Numbered from the whole stretch's first letter, positions 39,317 to 51,922 are shown. The stretch: 63,679 nucleotides of DNA, filler included, from Phoronis australis (GCA_002633005.1; 10 parts of 10 records of this genome joined end to end with filler, not necessarily neighbours in it); one strand, 5' to 3'. Notes: a model not told the origin generated them from the sequence alone. A program made the numbers and translations.

Positions 39317-39615
39317 GGACGAAATCCGTTAAAGTCAATAAAATGTGATGAAACAAAACGTGAAAGCATTGCACAGGAAGTGCCCCGCAACTCCCGGAAA
39401 TGTGTCCGTTTTCGATAATAAAGAGTTCTTTATTTTAGAAATTTGTCAAACAATTAATTTCAAAAATCAGTTTAAAAGAATTTTATCCGTTATTAAAATT
39501 CGCGACAATATCAACTAGCTGAAACGGATAAGTTGACAACCTAATCTGAATTTTGGTGAGTTGTTGCGCTGCACTATTTTTCTGTTTTATTACCTTCAAA
39601 GCAGGAAATCACAAA
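39317..39615. promoter_or_regulatory. Probable bidirectional promoter, TRIAP1/GATC
   Basis: Only ~300 bp between divergent ATGs; ETS-like caggaagtg (~39373) and ccggaaat (~39394). Confidence 0.6.
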
Positions 39616-39786
39616 ATGTTGGGACGTTTTTACTCGGAGCTGGTGCGATCGTCGAAATTATGTCTTCCAGAGAAAGTAAGGACAACGTTTGGCGTTGCAA
39701 GTAGTCAGATCTCTAGAACTGTGGCAACTGATTTAAACTGTCCACAACAAAATGTTGTCTCAAACCCACGCAAGTTGAAGCCAAAG
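39616..39786 (+). CDS. GATC: GATC, probable exon 1 (mitochondrial targeting region)
   Basis: MLGRFYSELVRSSKLCLPEKVRTTFG...RKLKPK is Arg/Ser-rich; aaaATG context; phase-0 donor aag|gtagac is compatible with the exon at 43372. Confidence 0.65.
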
Positions 39787-39817
39787 GTAGACATTGTTTG
39801 AACTTAACAATTTTAAC

Positions 39818-40143
39818 CCGGGGGGGGGACTCACCCATATTGACAAGGACTAAGGAAGGTGCCCGCCAAATATTGTTTAGAGACCCCGTATTGCGGGTGT
39901 CAGGTCTGCTAATTCCGCCCCCATCTGTGATGCCTACTGCAGGTAGGAAGATGGCTAGTGTGCCTTTTGCGGAGCTGACGCCAATGCAGTGGACCTTTTG
40001 TGGGGACGAAATGGAAATGTAGGGGCCTAGTATTAGAGTTAGACCTCGTGCAGGTCCCGCAAAGCTTGCTGAAACAGTACCACTTACCCGCAGTTCTTGG
40101 TACATGCCTGTGGGCACCTTGTGAATATGAGTGACCCCCCAGG
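39818..40143. mobile_element. MITE with CC...GG inverted ends
   Basis: ggggggactcacccatattgacaagg / ccttgtgaatatgagtgacccccc. Confidence 0.6.
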
Positions 40144-40184
40144 ATTACTAGTACTAGTAGCAGTAAGCTCCTGAATATATTTAA

Positions 40185-41606
40185 AGGAGCATGCCACCCA
40201 AAAAACAACCTAATTTGTATCAATTTAGATCGAGTAGTTCTACTCCATAACGACACGTACGGTTGCGTTACCTGACACCTGACGGCAGACGGAGGTGTTG
40301 AAATTATCCAATGACGTCATCGGTTTCACACGCAGTCTGTTCAGCAGTTCACAACACGGGTTACTGGTGTCAGCTTATCGNNNNNNNNNNNNNNNNNNNN
40401 NNNNNNNNNNNNNNNNNNNNNNNNNNNNNNNNNNNNNNNNNNNNNNNNNNNNNNNNNNNNNNNNNNNNNNNNNNNNNNNNNNNNNNNNNNNNNNNNNNNN
40501 NNNNNNNNNNNNNNNNNNNNNNNNNNNNNNNNNNNNNNNNNNNNNNNNNNNNNNNNNNNNNNNNNNNNNNNNNNNNNNNNNNNNNNNNNNNNNNNNNNNN
40601 NNNNNNNNNNNNNNNNNNNNNNNNNNNNNNNNNNNNNNNNNNNNNNNNNNNNNNGCCGCGAATTCACTCGGGTTCCGCTTTGGCCACAGCACCGTCTGGG
40701 CAGAAGTTGTACATTGACAATCATTATTTGAGTAATGTAAACGTAAATAAAGATTTCCCTAACACCTAGCCGTGGGATGGAAATCGAGTTGTTTCACAAC
40801 AATTTCTACCAGCAAACACTAAATTAGCATGAGCTCACACGGTTTCGGTGTCCCGTCAATTAGTTTTATTGCACCTAAAGCCAGTAACGAAGTGATTTAT
40901 TCATTGCTGGCTTTTCAAATCATTTGCACTCACAAACACTCCAAAGGCATTACAAATTGCATCTAATGAGACAGACTTTGTTTCAGTTGGTTAGGGTGAG
41001 AAGGCATTTTGAAACCAACGCTTAGTACTAAACGCCAACATGGCAACTCGCAATCCCGACTTAGGACGAGCTAGAGCTCATCAGTCACGACTTCGCAGGT
41101 GGACTGTTAAGTTTTACAGGCTATCAATTCGAACAGGAGTACAGTGATGAAGAAATACTAGAGAGGCGCTGTGAACAAGCTCAGACAACGGGGCATGGAG
41201 TTATTTGGTAAGCCGGCATTCGTCACTGAGGCACTGTCCGACGACGTCTGCATGCCACAGACACGGAGATGTTTCACGGCCTCATACTTGCTATTTACAG
41301 CGTACATTTCATTCTTCACTACCATGAGCCACTCCTTAAACATTTCGGACTCTCGAGGAAGTAAAAAAACGATATACCCGTTTTCCTCGCAGCTGCTTAG
41401 TTCGGACAAGCGGGAACGATGCACTGCAACATAGCAGCATTCACTCTGCATATGAACCACTGACGTCGCTAGCGTCGTTTCTCACCTTCCTCACAGGTTA
41501 ACGCGACACCTCTTGGCAAGGTAAGGTCGACCGTATGCGAGGCGATGTGGATATAGACCGATTAAGACGGCAAAAAAGACTAAGTTAAATTGGGTGGCAT
41601 TCGCCT
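40185..41606 (-). mobile_element. Kolobok-like non-autonomous element carrying a degenerate THAP-like ORF (41158-41460)
   Basis: TTAA on both sides; TIR aggagcatgccaccca / tgggtggcattcgcct; ORF contains CC..V...FLLPRE....EWL....LRVCG. Confidence 0.65.
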
Positions 41607-42816
41607 TTAAGAAGTCGAAACACTCACCTTTCACTTGCATAATTTTATGTGATCTTGCTCTTTGACTTTAGTGAATTTTATGCCTGTATCTGTATGTAGA
41701 CAGTGACCACCGTCTCTAGCTGGGCCCAGTAGAGACGGTGGAGCTCCTATCTATAGGAGCTTTATACACCAATAGAGACAGTGCAGCTCCTATAAGGCGC
41801 TTCATACACCAGTGGCAGTAGAGACAGTGCAGCTCCTACAGGAGCTTTATACACCGGAAGCTTTTCGGCGATTTTTGCCTCACATAGATTAAAACCTCAG
41901 TCACATCGTTGTAATTTCCTTTAGAGGGACACCTTAGGAGACCGTCGATGTCTTTAATTCTTTCCAATTTAAACAAATACTCCCGTAATCAAACTTTTTC
42001 TAGCAGTTCTTCTTTCATTTGCCCAAATCGGCAACTGGCCATTTTTACACAGCATTTGCCTGTTAGGTCCTTCACCGTATCTCATCTGGTCTCAAGTTGG
42101 TCATCGCGATATTGGCCGGAAACACTACCCTATGTCCCAAGTCCACATTCAAGTACCAGTGTGATGTCGTCCATAGTAGCAGGTCCAAATGTTCTCTTTT
42201 TAGGTTCTGGTGTCAAACACTTGAACTCAGCTGTTGTGCCTCCATGTATATTTCTCTTTGGACCAGTTGACTTTACATGATGACCGAATGTGTTGGGAAT
42301 GTTTATGGCTTACCACAACGGTGCAATCTGTCATCAGTTTCCTTATTACCTCATAGCTTCAGATTTGTGGGAGTGAATAGTTAGACGGAGCATGGCAGAA
42401 AAGTTAATCTCTAACACTCTGTTAAGAACGTACTTGATCTTCCTCCTAAACTGCCTTTGCAAATTATCTACCTCTGCTGTTTCTTCAGCCCCATGGGTTT
42501 GAGTATCAAGAAAATGTGCGCACGCATGCGTGCACACACAGACGCGCGCACACACACATAATATTTAGAAGTATATAATTTGCCAAAAAGGATGGGCAGC
42601 AAACAGGTAAATTCTCGTCTCACAGTAATGATTAATTTAAATATTGATTCTCTGTAACTTTTTACATTTAGAGATCCATGTTAAAAATGAAACGAGGATA
42701 CTTGCTAAAGTTTTCACTGGAGTGACAAAGACTGTATGAGAACTACTTACGATTGAGTGTGAAAAATACTTGATGGACTTTCCAAAGTTAGTTAATGTTT
42801 GATGAAAGTGAACCTA

Positions 42817-43269
42817 GTAGTAATAATGTTTATTTAAAAGTCGGTGAGATTTAACAATGAAACGTTAGCACAAGTGCTATTATCCGACAAATTTAAAATC
42901 TACAAAATGAAAATACAGAACTAAAGTACAAGCTAATTCTATAGTACGGAGAATATACAGAATTTAAACATAAATATAAATACAAAAGTACACATACATG
43001 TTACGGAGCGTGTAGACATCTGTAGCAGTTTTCACAAGAGCAGATCTCAGAGAAAAAATCATGAGCAAGAGTGGCAAATTCATTTAAGGCAGTACATTGT
43101 CTCATTACTGATGGCAACGAGTTCCACAGCGAAGTACCTTTATGGAAGATTGAGTTACACCCGTAAGTCATCGTATTAAAGCGTTTCACATAGACAGTTT
43201 TCACCTCTGAGACCGTATCCAGACTCTCTAAATTCAAGCTTCCCTGACAAAGGACAGGGTCCAATAATA
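42817..43269 (-). mobile_element. 5'-truncated LINE (CR1/L2-like) 3' end
   Basis: TYGCNSIFHKGTSLWNSLPSVMRQCTALNEF..CSCENC is typical of an ORF2 C-terminus; aataaa plus (tta/cta) tail; candidate TSD tgaaccta at 42809-42816 and 43270-43277. Confidence 0.7.
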
Positions 43270-43371
43270 TGAACCTAAAGAGAGTTGTGCGATATTATGT
43301 AGCAAAGCTGACTCTATTGCTTAGTTTCTATTCAAAATTCAAAACAAGTCAAAATTTTGTCTATTTGTCAG

Positions 43372-43541
43372 AGAACAGAAGTAGACAGTGAAACTGTGGA
43401 GCGCCTTGAGCGACTGGCATTAGTAAACTTCAGTAGTGAGGCTGGTATCCAAGAGTTGTCAGCAGTCATCAGCATTGCTATGGAACTGCATAAAGTGGAC
43501 ACCACGGATGTTGAACCCATGGAGTCGCCTTTAGAAGACAG
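43372..43541 (+). CDS. GATC: Glutamyl-tRNA(Gln) amidotransferase subunit C, mitochondrial, exon
   Basis: VERLERLALVNF...LHKVDTTDVEPMESPLEDR; tgtcag acceptor, gtaaat donor. Confidence 0.92.
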
Positions 43542-43763
43542 GTAAATTAAGTTTCTAGTCTCCAGTATGGTGTTTGGGAATTCGAGAAGACTTGTGCCAT
43601 TCTCTAAAAATGGGCATTATTGTTTTTTTTTCAAGATTTGTTTCAAGAATATATCCTTACCTCAAAACTTGTGTGGTTAAGAAATCAAGTTTCAAGTTCA
43701 GTTGGAAATGTAGTGATGTGGGCAAATTCCTTTACAAACTCGCTTGATAAGCAATTTTATTAA

Positions 43764-46700
43764 TTTTTATGCGCCTACATATTTATATGTGGGTGCATAT
43801 TGCCGTCATCTCCGTCTGGGCATCCGGCCTCCGCGGCTGTATCTCCTAAACCCCTGGCAGGTCCTTATTGAAATTTGGCAGGTGTGTTTCTATGGGGTTG
43901 TCGACAGAGGGCAACGAGTTTCAGACCGACCCGAATACCGGTGTGCCCCCTGGTGGCAATTTTAGTTTTTTACATTTGCCTCTGTATCTTGAAAGGTCCT
44001 CAACCGAATTTCATGAAATTTGGCACATAGGCATCTATTAATCAGATGACGCTATCCTTTCGTTTTCGGATGGATTTGAGGTATTTTGCGCCACCTAGTG
44101 GCCATTTATACTGTTTTCGAGTCTGCTTTTTGGCGTCCATCCCTCCATCAACCAAACCGCTCAAAGGATGATTGCGAAAATTGTCATGTATGTTCTTACT
44201 ATAAAGTGGACGGCTGAAGATGGTTTTCTGACGACTTCAACTACTGTGGCGCCTCCTAGTGGCAATTTTGTTTTTTTTTGCGCCTATGGCTGTATCTCCT
44301 AAACCGTTTGCAGGATCTTTACTAAATTTAGTAAGTGCATTATGATGCTAATGACGTAGGATGACGACTATCAGACAGATCTGACTACTGGTATGCCACC
44401 TAGTGGCAATTTTATTTTTTTTACGTTTACCTCTCTATCTTCAAAGGTCCTCAATGTATTTTCATAAAATTTGGCATACAGGCATCTGTTAATGAGGTGA
44501 CGCCATCTCTCCAGATGGATTCGACCTAGTTTGCGCCACCTAGTGGTTATTTTTACTGTTTTCGAGTCTGTTTTTTGGCGTCCACTCGTCTATCAACCAA
44601 ACCGCTTTCAGGATAATTGTGAAAATTGGCATGTATGTTTTAACTGTGAAGTGGACAGCTCACGATGATTTTCCAACTTTGATTACTGTGGCGCTTCCTA
44701 TTGGCAGTTGTTTTTGCGCTCATGGCTGTATTTCCTAAACCGTTTGCAGGATCTTTACTTGATTTAGCAAGTGTATTTATATGATGTTGACAACGAACAA
44801 TGACGACTTTCGGATGGATCTGACCACTCGTGTGCCCCTTAGTGGCAATTTTATTTTTTACGTTTACCTCTGTATCTTCAAAGGTCCAAAACAGATTTTC
44901 ATACAATTTTGAATATAGGCATCTATTGAAGAGATGACGCTTTGCTCCTGTTTTTGGATGTAATCTAGGTATTTTGCGCCACCTAGTGACCATTTTTATG
45001 CGCCCACATATTTATATGTGGATGCATTATGCCGTCATCTCCATCCGTCCGTCCGGGCGGCGTCCGTCCGGTGTCCGCTGCTCTATCTCCAAAACCCTTT
45101 GACTTATGTTCATGAAATTTAGCACATATGTTCCATTCATGAATGGGACGGCCTCAGCTAACTTTCGGACGGATCCGACTACCGGTGTGCCCCCTAGTGG
45201 CAATTTTAGTTTTTTACGCTTACATTTGTATCTTCAAAAGTCCTGAACGGATTTTCATGAAATTCAATAATATTATGTAGCCACCTATTAGTGAGATGAC
45301 GCTATCCTCCTGTTTTCAGATGGATTCGACGTAGTTTGCACCACCTAGTGGCCATTTTTACTGTTTTCGAGTCTGTTTTTTTGCGTCCACACCTCTATAA
45401 ACCAAACCGCTCAAAGGATGATTGTGAAAACTGGCATGTATGTGCTTACTATAAAGAGCGATAATTTTCTGATGATTTCGACTACTGTGGCGCCTCCTTG
45501 TGGCAGTTTTGTTTTTTTGCGCCTATGGCTGTATCTCCTAAACCATTCACAGGAACTTTACGAAATTTAGTAAGTATATTTATATGATGTTAACAATGGA
45601 CGACGACGACATTTGGAAAGATCAGACTACCGGTGTGCCCTCTCGTGGCAATTTTATTATTTTACGTTTACCTTTGTATCTTCAAAAGTCCTTAACAGAT
45701 TTTCATGAAATTTAATATGTAGGCACCTATTAGTGAGGTGACGCTATCGTCCCGTTTTCGATGGATTCGAAATAGTTTGCGCCACCTAGTGGCCATTTTT
45801 ACTATTTTCGAGTCTGTTTTTTGCGTTCACCCCTCTATCAACCAAATCGCTCAAAGGATGATTATGAAAATTGGCATGTATGTGCTTACTATAAAGAGAA
45901 CGGTTGGCGATGAGTTTCCGACGATTTTGACTACTGTGGCGCCTCCTAGTGGCAGTTTTGTTTTTGGCTGTATCTCCTAAACCGTTCGCAGGATCTTTAC
46001 TTAATTTAGCAAGTGTATTTATATGATGTTGACTACGGATGACGACGACTTTCGGACAAATCTGACTACTGCTGTGCCCCCTAGTGACAATTTTAATTTT
46101 TTTACGTTTAACTCAGTATCTTCAAAGGTCCTCAACAGATTTTCATAAAATTTTAAATACAGGCATCTATTGGTGTGATGACGCTATCTTTCTGTTTTTG
46201 GATGGAATCAAGGTATTTTGCACCACCTAGTGGCCATTTTTGCTGTTTTCAAATCGACTTGTTTTTGGTGTCCACCCCTGTATCAACCAAATCATTTGAA
46301 AATTGGCATATATGTTCTCAGTGTGAAGATGACCTTTGATGATCGTGACTGACTACTGTGGCGCCTCATAGTGGTAGTTTTGTTTCGCGCCCATAGTTCT
46401 ATCTCCTAAACCCACTTTAGGATCTTTACTAAATTTAGTAAGTGTGTTTATGTGAAGATAACAAAAGACGATGACGACTTTCAGGCAGATCCAACGGACA
46501 CTGTGCCCACTAGTGGCAATTTCATTTTATTCTGTTTTCCTTTGTTTCTCTGAAGTTCCTTGACAGATTTTTATGAAATATGGCATGTTCTTGGTTTTGA
46601 ATGGATTGTATGTTTTTGCGTCATCTAGTGGCCATTTTTATGATACAAATAAATAACCCTAAAAGCACATCATTTGCAATGCATTCATGGGCGCATTTCA

Positions 46701-46982
46701 ACGCTCCGCGTTGCTCTTGTTGCTGTTTTCAATCCCTGGTCAACCAAATCCTTCTAGGGATGGTTTTGAAAATTGAAATGTTTTCAGTGTGAAGAGGACG
46801 TTTGATGATGGCGACTGACTACTGTGGTGCCTCCTAGTGGTAGCATCCATAACTGTATTTGGATGGATTGTACGTTTTTGCGCCATCTAGTGGCCATTTT
46901 TATGGTACAAATAAATAACCCTAAAAGCACATCATTTGCGATGCATTCGTGGGCGCATTTCAACGCTTCGCGTTGTTCTTGT
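43764..46982 (+). mobile_element. Helentron-associated interspersed element (HINE/DINE-1-like), outer copy
   Basis: T-run, 5' subTIR atgcgcc.ac with adjacent inverted partner, ~441-bp internal tandem repeats, 3' subTIR gtgggcgcat, hairpin caacgcttcgcgttg, end tcttgt. Confidence 0.8.
44993..46721 (+). mobile_element. HINE, inner copy nested in the outer copy
   Basis: Second complete 5' end (tttttatgcgcccacatatttatatgtggatgcat + ccgt microsatellite) and 3' end (tgggcgcatttcaacgctccgcgttgctcttgtt). Confidence 0.8.
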
Positions 46983-47183
46983 AAATCAAATTGATGGTCT
47001 GAAAAATCAGGTCACATGACCAATTAAAAACATGTTGTGTCACTCTTGCAGTTCTTATTGTGTGGCCACTGGAATTCAGTTTAAAGATCACTGTTTCGAC
47101 ACGATCATATAGCATTTAGTTTTTTTGTACTTCATTAAGATGTACTGCTAATTATTTGAATTTTGTGCTTGTCCGTATTTCAG

Positions 47184-47287
47184 ATCATTATCCTTGCGAG
47201 AAGATGTTGTTGCGGAAGGAAATTGTCGTCAAGACATTTTGACCAATTCTGCAAAAACGGAGGAAGACTATTTTGTAGCGCCACCTG
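47184..47287 (+). CDS. GATC: GATC, exon
   Basis: SLSLREDVVAEGNCRQDILTNSAKTEEDYFVAPPG; tttcag acceptor, gtaaat donor. Confidence 0.93.
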
Positions 47288-47601
47288 GTAAATTCTATTG
47301 AATTTATAAAAAGCAACAGTTGTACACTATGCAAATAGGTCACCTACACCACTGCTTGTACATGTATTTAGTTTACAACTTTGAGGTTGAAGTCAATTGA
47401 AGATTTCATTCCAAGTTCATTCCAAACATTATACCCTTTTCAAGCCTGTTTCAGTTAATAATGAAATAGTTTTATTCATCCTTTACTAATATGGAAAACA
47501 TTAAAACCTGACCTGTTGTTCCTGCTAGTTATGTAAAACTTCACATCGTAACATAACAAGTTTCATATAGAAAATAGGCTGTCAAACCAAGTCGTGTTGT
47601 G

Positions 47602-47720
47602 AGGAGACATTGAGGCTTAGTGGTTTGAATGTCTGCTTCATCTTCACAAGGTCTTATGTTCGAATCTCACTGGAGCCCCCTGATAGACCCTTGAGTCAGT
47701 TCTCTACCTCCTCAGCCTGG
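47602..47720 (+). mobile_element. tRNA-derived SINE head remnant
   Basis: A-box-like ggcttagtggt and B-box gttcgaatc ~45 nt apart; no intact cloverleaf. Confidence 0.45.
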
Positions 47721-47743
47721 TCTTTATGTATATGTCTATATGC

Positions 47744-49007
47744 TTTTTATGCGCCCACATATTTATATGTGGACGCATTATGCCGTCATCTCCGTCCGTC
47801 CGTACGGGCGGTGTCCGTCCGGCGTCCGCTGCTCTATCTCCAAAACCCTTTGACATATGTTCATGAAATTTGGCACATATGTTCCATTCATGAATGGGAC
47901 GGCATGTGCGAACTTTCGGACGGATCCGACTACCGATGTGCCCCCTAGTGGCAATTTTAGTTTTTTACACTTACCTTTGTATGTTCAAAAGCTCTGAACG
48001 GATTTTCATGAAATTTGGTATGTAGGCACCTAGTAGTGAGATGACGCTATCCTGNTAAACCGTTTGCAGGATCTTTACAAAATTTAATAAGTGTATTTAT
48101 ATTATGTTAACAACAGACGATGACGACTTTCGGACAGTTCCGCCTACCAGTGTGCCCCCTAGTGGCAATTTTATTTTTTTACGTTTACCTCTGTACCTTC
48201 ACAAGTCCTTAACGGATTTTCATGAAATTTGGTATGTAGGCACCTATTAGTGCGATGTCGCTATCCTCCCATTTTCGGATGGATTCAACCTAGTTTGCGA
48301 CACCCAGTGGCCATTTTTACTGTTTTTGAGTCTGTTTTTTTGGCGTCCACCCCTCTATCAACCAAACCGCTATAAGTATGATTGTGAAAATTGGCATGTA
48401 TGTTCTTACTATGAAGAGGACAGACGACGCTGAATTTCCCATGACTTTGATTACTGTGGCGCCTCCTAGTGGCAGTTTTTTTTGCGCCCATGGCAGTATC
48501 TCCCAAACCGTTTGTAGGATCTTTACTAAATTTATCAAGTATATTTATGTGATGTTGACAACGGACGATGACGACTTTAGGATGATTCTGACTACCGGTA
48601 TGCCTCTAGTGGCAATTTTAGTATTTTACATTGACCTCTGTATTCTCATAGGTCTTCAGGTGTATACTTTGTGTTACTTCGTGACTATGAAGGAAATGTT
48701 CCAAGTAGAAATTTGTTTCTGGCATTCTAATGCTGTGCTAATCTTGTATGTTGGTAATTTTGTTTTTAATTCTGTTTCTGTGGTGCTTTAAGCAACTGAT
48801 GTATAGGATGTGCTTGTATTATGATCACTCACATTTTGTCCCTAGCCTATTGAGGAGACAATGACCATGCCTTTCCATTTTGCAAAGTACAACATACTAC
48901 ATATATGCCCTCTACTGGCTACTTTATGGTACCAATAAACAACCCTAGAAGGATACCGTATACGGTGCAATTGTGGGCGCATTTCATCGCTCAGCGTTGC
49001 TCTTGTT
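47744..49007 (+). mobile_element. HINE, third copy (internal n-join at 48055)
   Basis: Same 5' end as 44993; 3' end gtgggcgcatttcatcgctcagcgttgctcttgtt. Confidence 0.8.
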
Positions 49008-49720
49008 TATATTTATTAATAAATAAAAGATTAATTCATGTGTAGTGGGCCCAGCTAAGTGGCCTGCGCTCGTCTGATGCAAGGTGCATCTTACCACCTG
49101 GACTATTCTTTAAGTCATGTAAAATGTTTTGCACAGGCAAGTTTAGGTGCTTTTGTTGAGGAAAGTTTGGGCATGTACTTGTTCAACAGAGCACCTGTAA
49201 ACGTAACTTAGGTGCATGCACGTACATGTGAAATACTTGAGTAAACACTTTTCTTTGAAAAACACATTAACATTGTACATTTGCGCATTATGACGTTTTG
49301 TTGTCACATATTTAATATCCCGTCTTTTCACTTGCATATCTCTGCTAGTTGTGAACACTCGCTCTTGTAGTTATGTTTTCTTTCTGAGTAAAAGTCAATT
49401 TTTCAAAATGACTCATCCTCACAGTTTAACATGGGTGCATGAAACTGAATACTCACAAGTACGGTATTAAGTGAAATATATGCTCTACCATAGGTACAAT
49501 CAGACAATGTTTTGGGAAATCACGGACATTCACAAAATTGAGGACCCTTTAGATATTACAATTTGTCCGAAGTTGGTGAGATGTAACAGTAGGCTTGTTT
49601 CAATGTTTGCTGTGTCAAGTACTTTAATGGATAAAAAGTAGTCATTTGTGATAATGCATGTTTCACTTTCCAATTTTTCAACCACGAAGATTTGATTTAT
49701 TATGTTTTTGTTTGTTGTAG

Positions 49721-49758
49721 GAAACATCCCACTGTCAAAAAACAACACGGAAACATGA
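49721..49758 (+). CDS. GATC: GATC, last coding exon
   Basis: GNIPLSKNNTET*; completes the conserved PPGNIPL; ttgtag acceptor. Confidence 0.85.
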
Positions 49759-50727
49759 CCAGCATTTGGGTTGCTCTCTCATTGGCTTATTGAAGCATGC
49801 TTTGTGTTCATGTTGTTTACAATGCCTTAAGACACAGGTTGATTGTGCTCCAGTAATTACCATGGGTCCACAGGTTGACCTTGTAGAAACTCTGAATGTG
49901 ACCATGGTTAACTATTTGAAATCTTGAACTGGCACTGTGATTGTATCTATTGGATGTGATCCAGATACAAGTTTCTGAGTTAACGAAGTTCAAGTGAACA
50001 AAACAACACATGACGTCAATGCAGAGATTGTAATTAAGACCCACACTTTGCTTACTGCTCACCCTCGAAATTTCTACCTTTAAGCGCACATGCTCTGCTT
50101 ACCAGCCATCCCCAACTCATACAACTGGGAATTAATTAAAATCGCCATGTCTTTGTGAACGGCCATCTTATCAGAATGGTACACAACTTGAACACGTTTG
50201 AGTATCGATCATTTAGTTTTCTTGTCTTATCCATGTTCTTATCATACAACAATCCGCTATTGTTTTGTTTGACTATTGTATGTGAACCCTGACGAGTATG
50301 GTACTCACACTGGATTGAATAGAAGATGAAAGGAAATCCAGGCTGCTTCTTAACTACTTCAGGAAACACTGTTGACCTACTTCTTCAGGAAAACACTGTT
50401 GACCTAGTTCTTCAGGAAATAATGGACTGATATTAGGCCTGTGTGCATGTGGTGGAATGAAATGCCATTGTGCAGATGTGACATGAATTCATGAAACAAA
50501 ACGATGTGAAAAAAGGTGAAACTGCTGCCAAATCTAGTATGCATTTGGGATGCCTCCAAATCTTAATTTTTGGTGTGTAAACCTCAATTGTTTTGTTACT
50601 AGGATAACTTTCAATATTTAATGTTCTGCAGTTTTCCCTTCTTTTGTGCCATGATGCTCAGATTTTTCAGAGGCTGAATAGAACCAAAGTTATTAGAACT
50701 TCAGGTTTTGAAGTGCATTCCAGGATG

Positions 50728-50793
50728 CATGGGCGGCGCAGCACTGAAAAAAGTGGGGGGGGGGCTATAGCCCCCTATGGTACGCCGCCCATG
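50728..50793. mobile_element. 66-bp miniature inverted-repeat element
   Basis: TIR catgggcggcg / cgccgcccatg; flanks ggatg / ggata. Confidence 0.55.
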
Positions 50794-51922
50794 GGATACG
50801 ACTGAGCTTGATGCACATCATGGGAAGACTTGCGTTACTGCAACTACATATACACTGTTATGGTATTTTTCAAAAATTTCCCGACAACTTTAACTACTAT
50901 CTTGAATTATTTTGAAAATTGCACGTCGTGGCGTAAAGAATTTACAATTATGAGCTTCTGTAGATTACTTCAAAAACATAAGAAATCAACAGAATTGCCC
51001 AACCCTGTTACAACTGTGACAGGAGCGCCGTCTATTGGTGGAGTCGTGAGTTAAGTCGAGTCGTCAGTTGAGACCTATGTTTACTTCCAGAAGCTAGAGT
51101 GGATTATTATATTTTAAAGGGGTGTATGTTGGTCCATTCCCTTATTTGGGTACTTCCGATGACAAAATTTTCACTTTGCATTTTGATTTTTTTTACATTT
51201 AACGCGAGACCCCTACTTTAGCATAATTTGGAAAATTTGTGGTGCGAATACGCCTATAAAAATGGGCCCCATATGCTCAAACTTCAGATTCTGCCGGGTC
51301 TTGATTCTATCCACAAGGAATTCCCACCAAAGAAACTAAAGTAACTGTTTGGGCCTTTTTAATTGGACTTTAACGTTTTTCGGCGTATTTTGCTTGCTTA
51401 TAAATTCTTTGGGTTATAAGTCAAAGCTGTGATGTCGACAGAAGTTAGTGATGAGTTGTAATTCAAAATTGTAGATTTGTATTTCATATTTAGTGCATAA
51501 TAAACTCAGTATATTTATCTACTTCTCACTTGTTTCACTCTCTATAGGTTGTCACCATGGTTCTCTTGCATGCGATACGAACGAGCAAAAAGTACACGAC
51601 ACTGCAAATACTTTCATCGGCTACGAACAGTCGACATTTTAGACATCAAGTAGATCGGTACTGGTCGCTCCACCGATTCCTGTTACGCAACAAAACACTC
51701 AAATATTTCCTCAGTTATGGATGGAAGAAGTTGCACTCTATAAAAATGCCAACATTTAGCACATAATAGACATATGCACACTCCAAGTGCAGTGTGTAAT
51801 GTAAACAAGCCAGTTTGCCGTGATTCAAAATCACCAGAGGCCGGGTCTAATCTTTTTACCCAGAATTATTTTTTACCATTCTCCATTCTAATTTTGTGTT
51901 AAGATAAGTGGGTATTAGTCTG

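Noticed and set aside
41948-42280. Coding-looking minus-strand frame opposite the 110-aa ORF
   Set aside because: It has three in-frame stops and no identifiable motif; at most an unassignable TE relic.
43744-48791. Recurring ORFs such as MIVKIGMYVLT... in GATC introns
   Set aside because: Chance translations of the HINE tandem repeat; frames are not preserved between copies.
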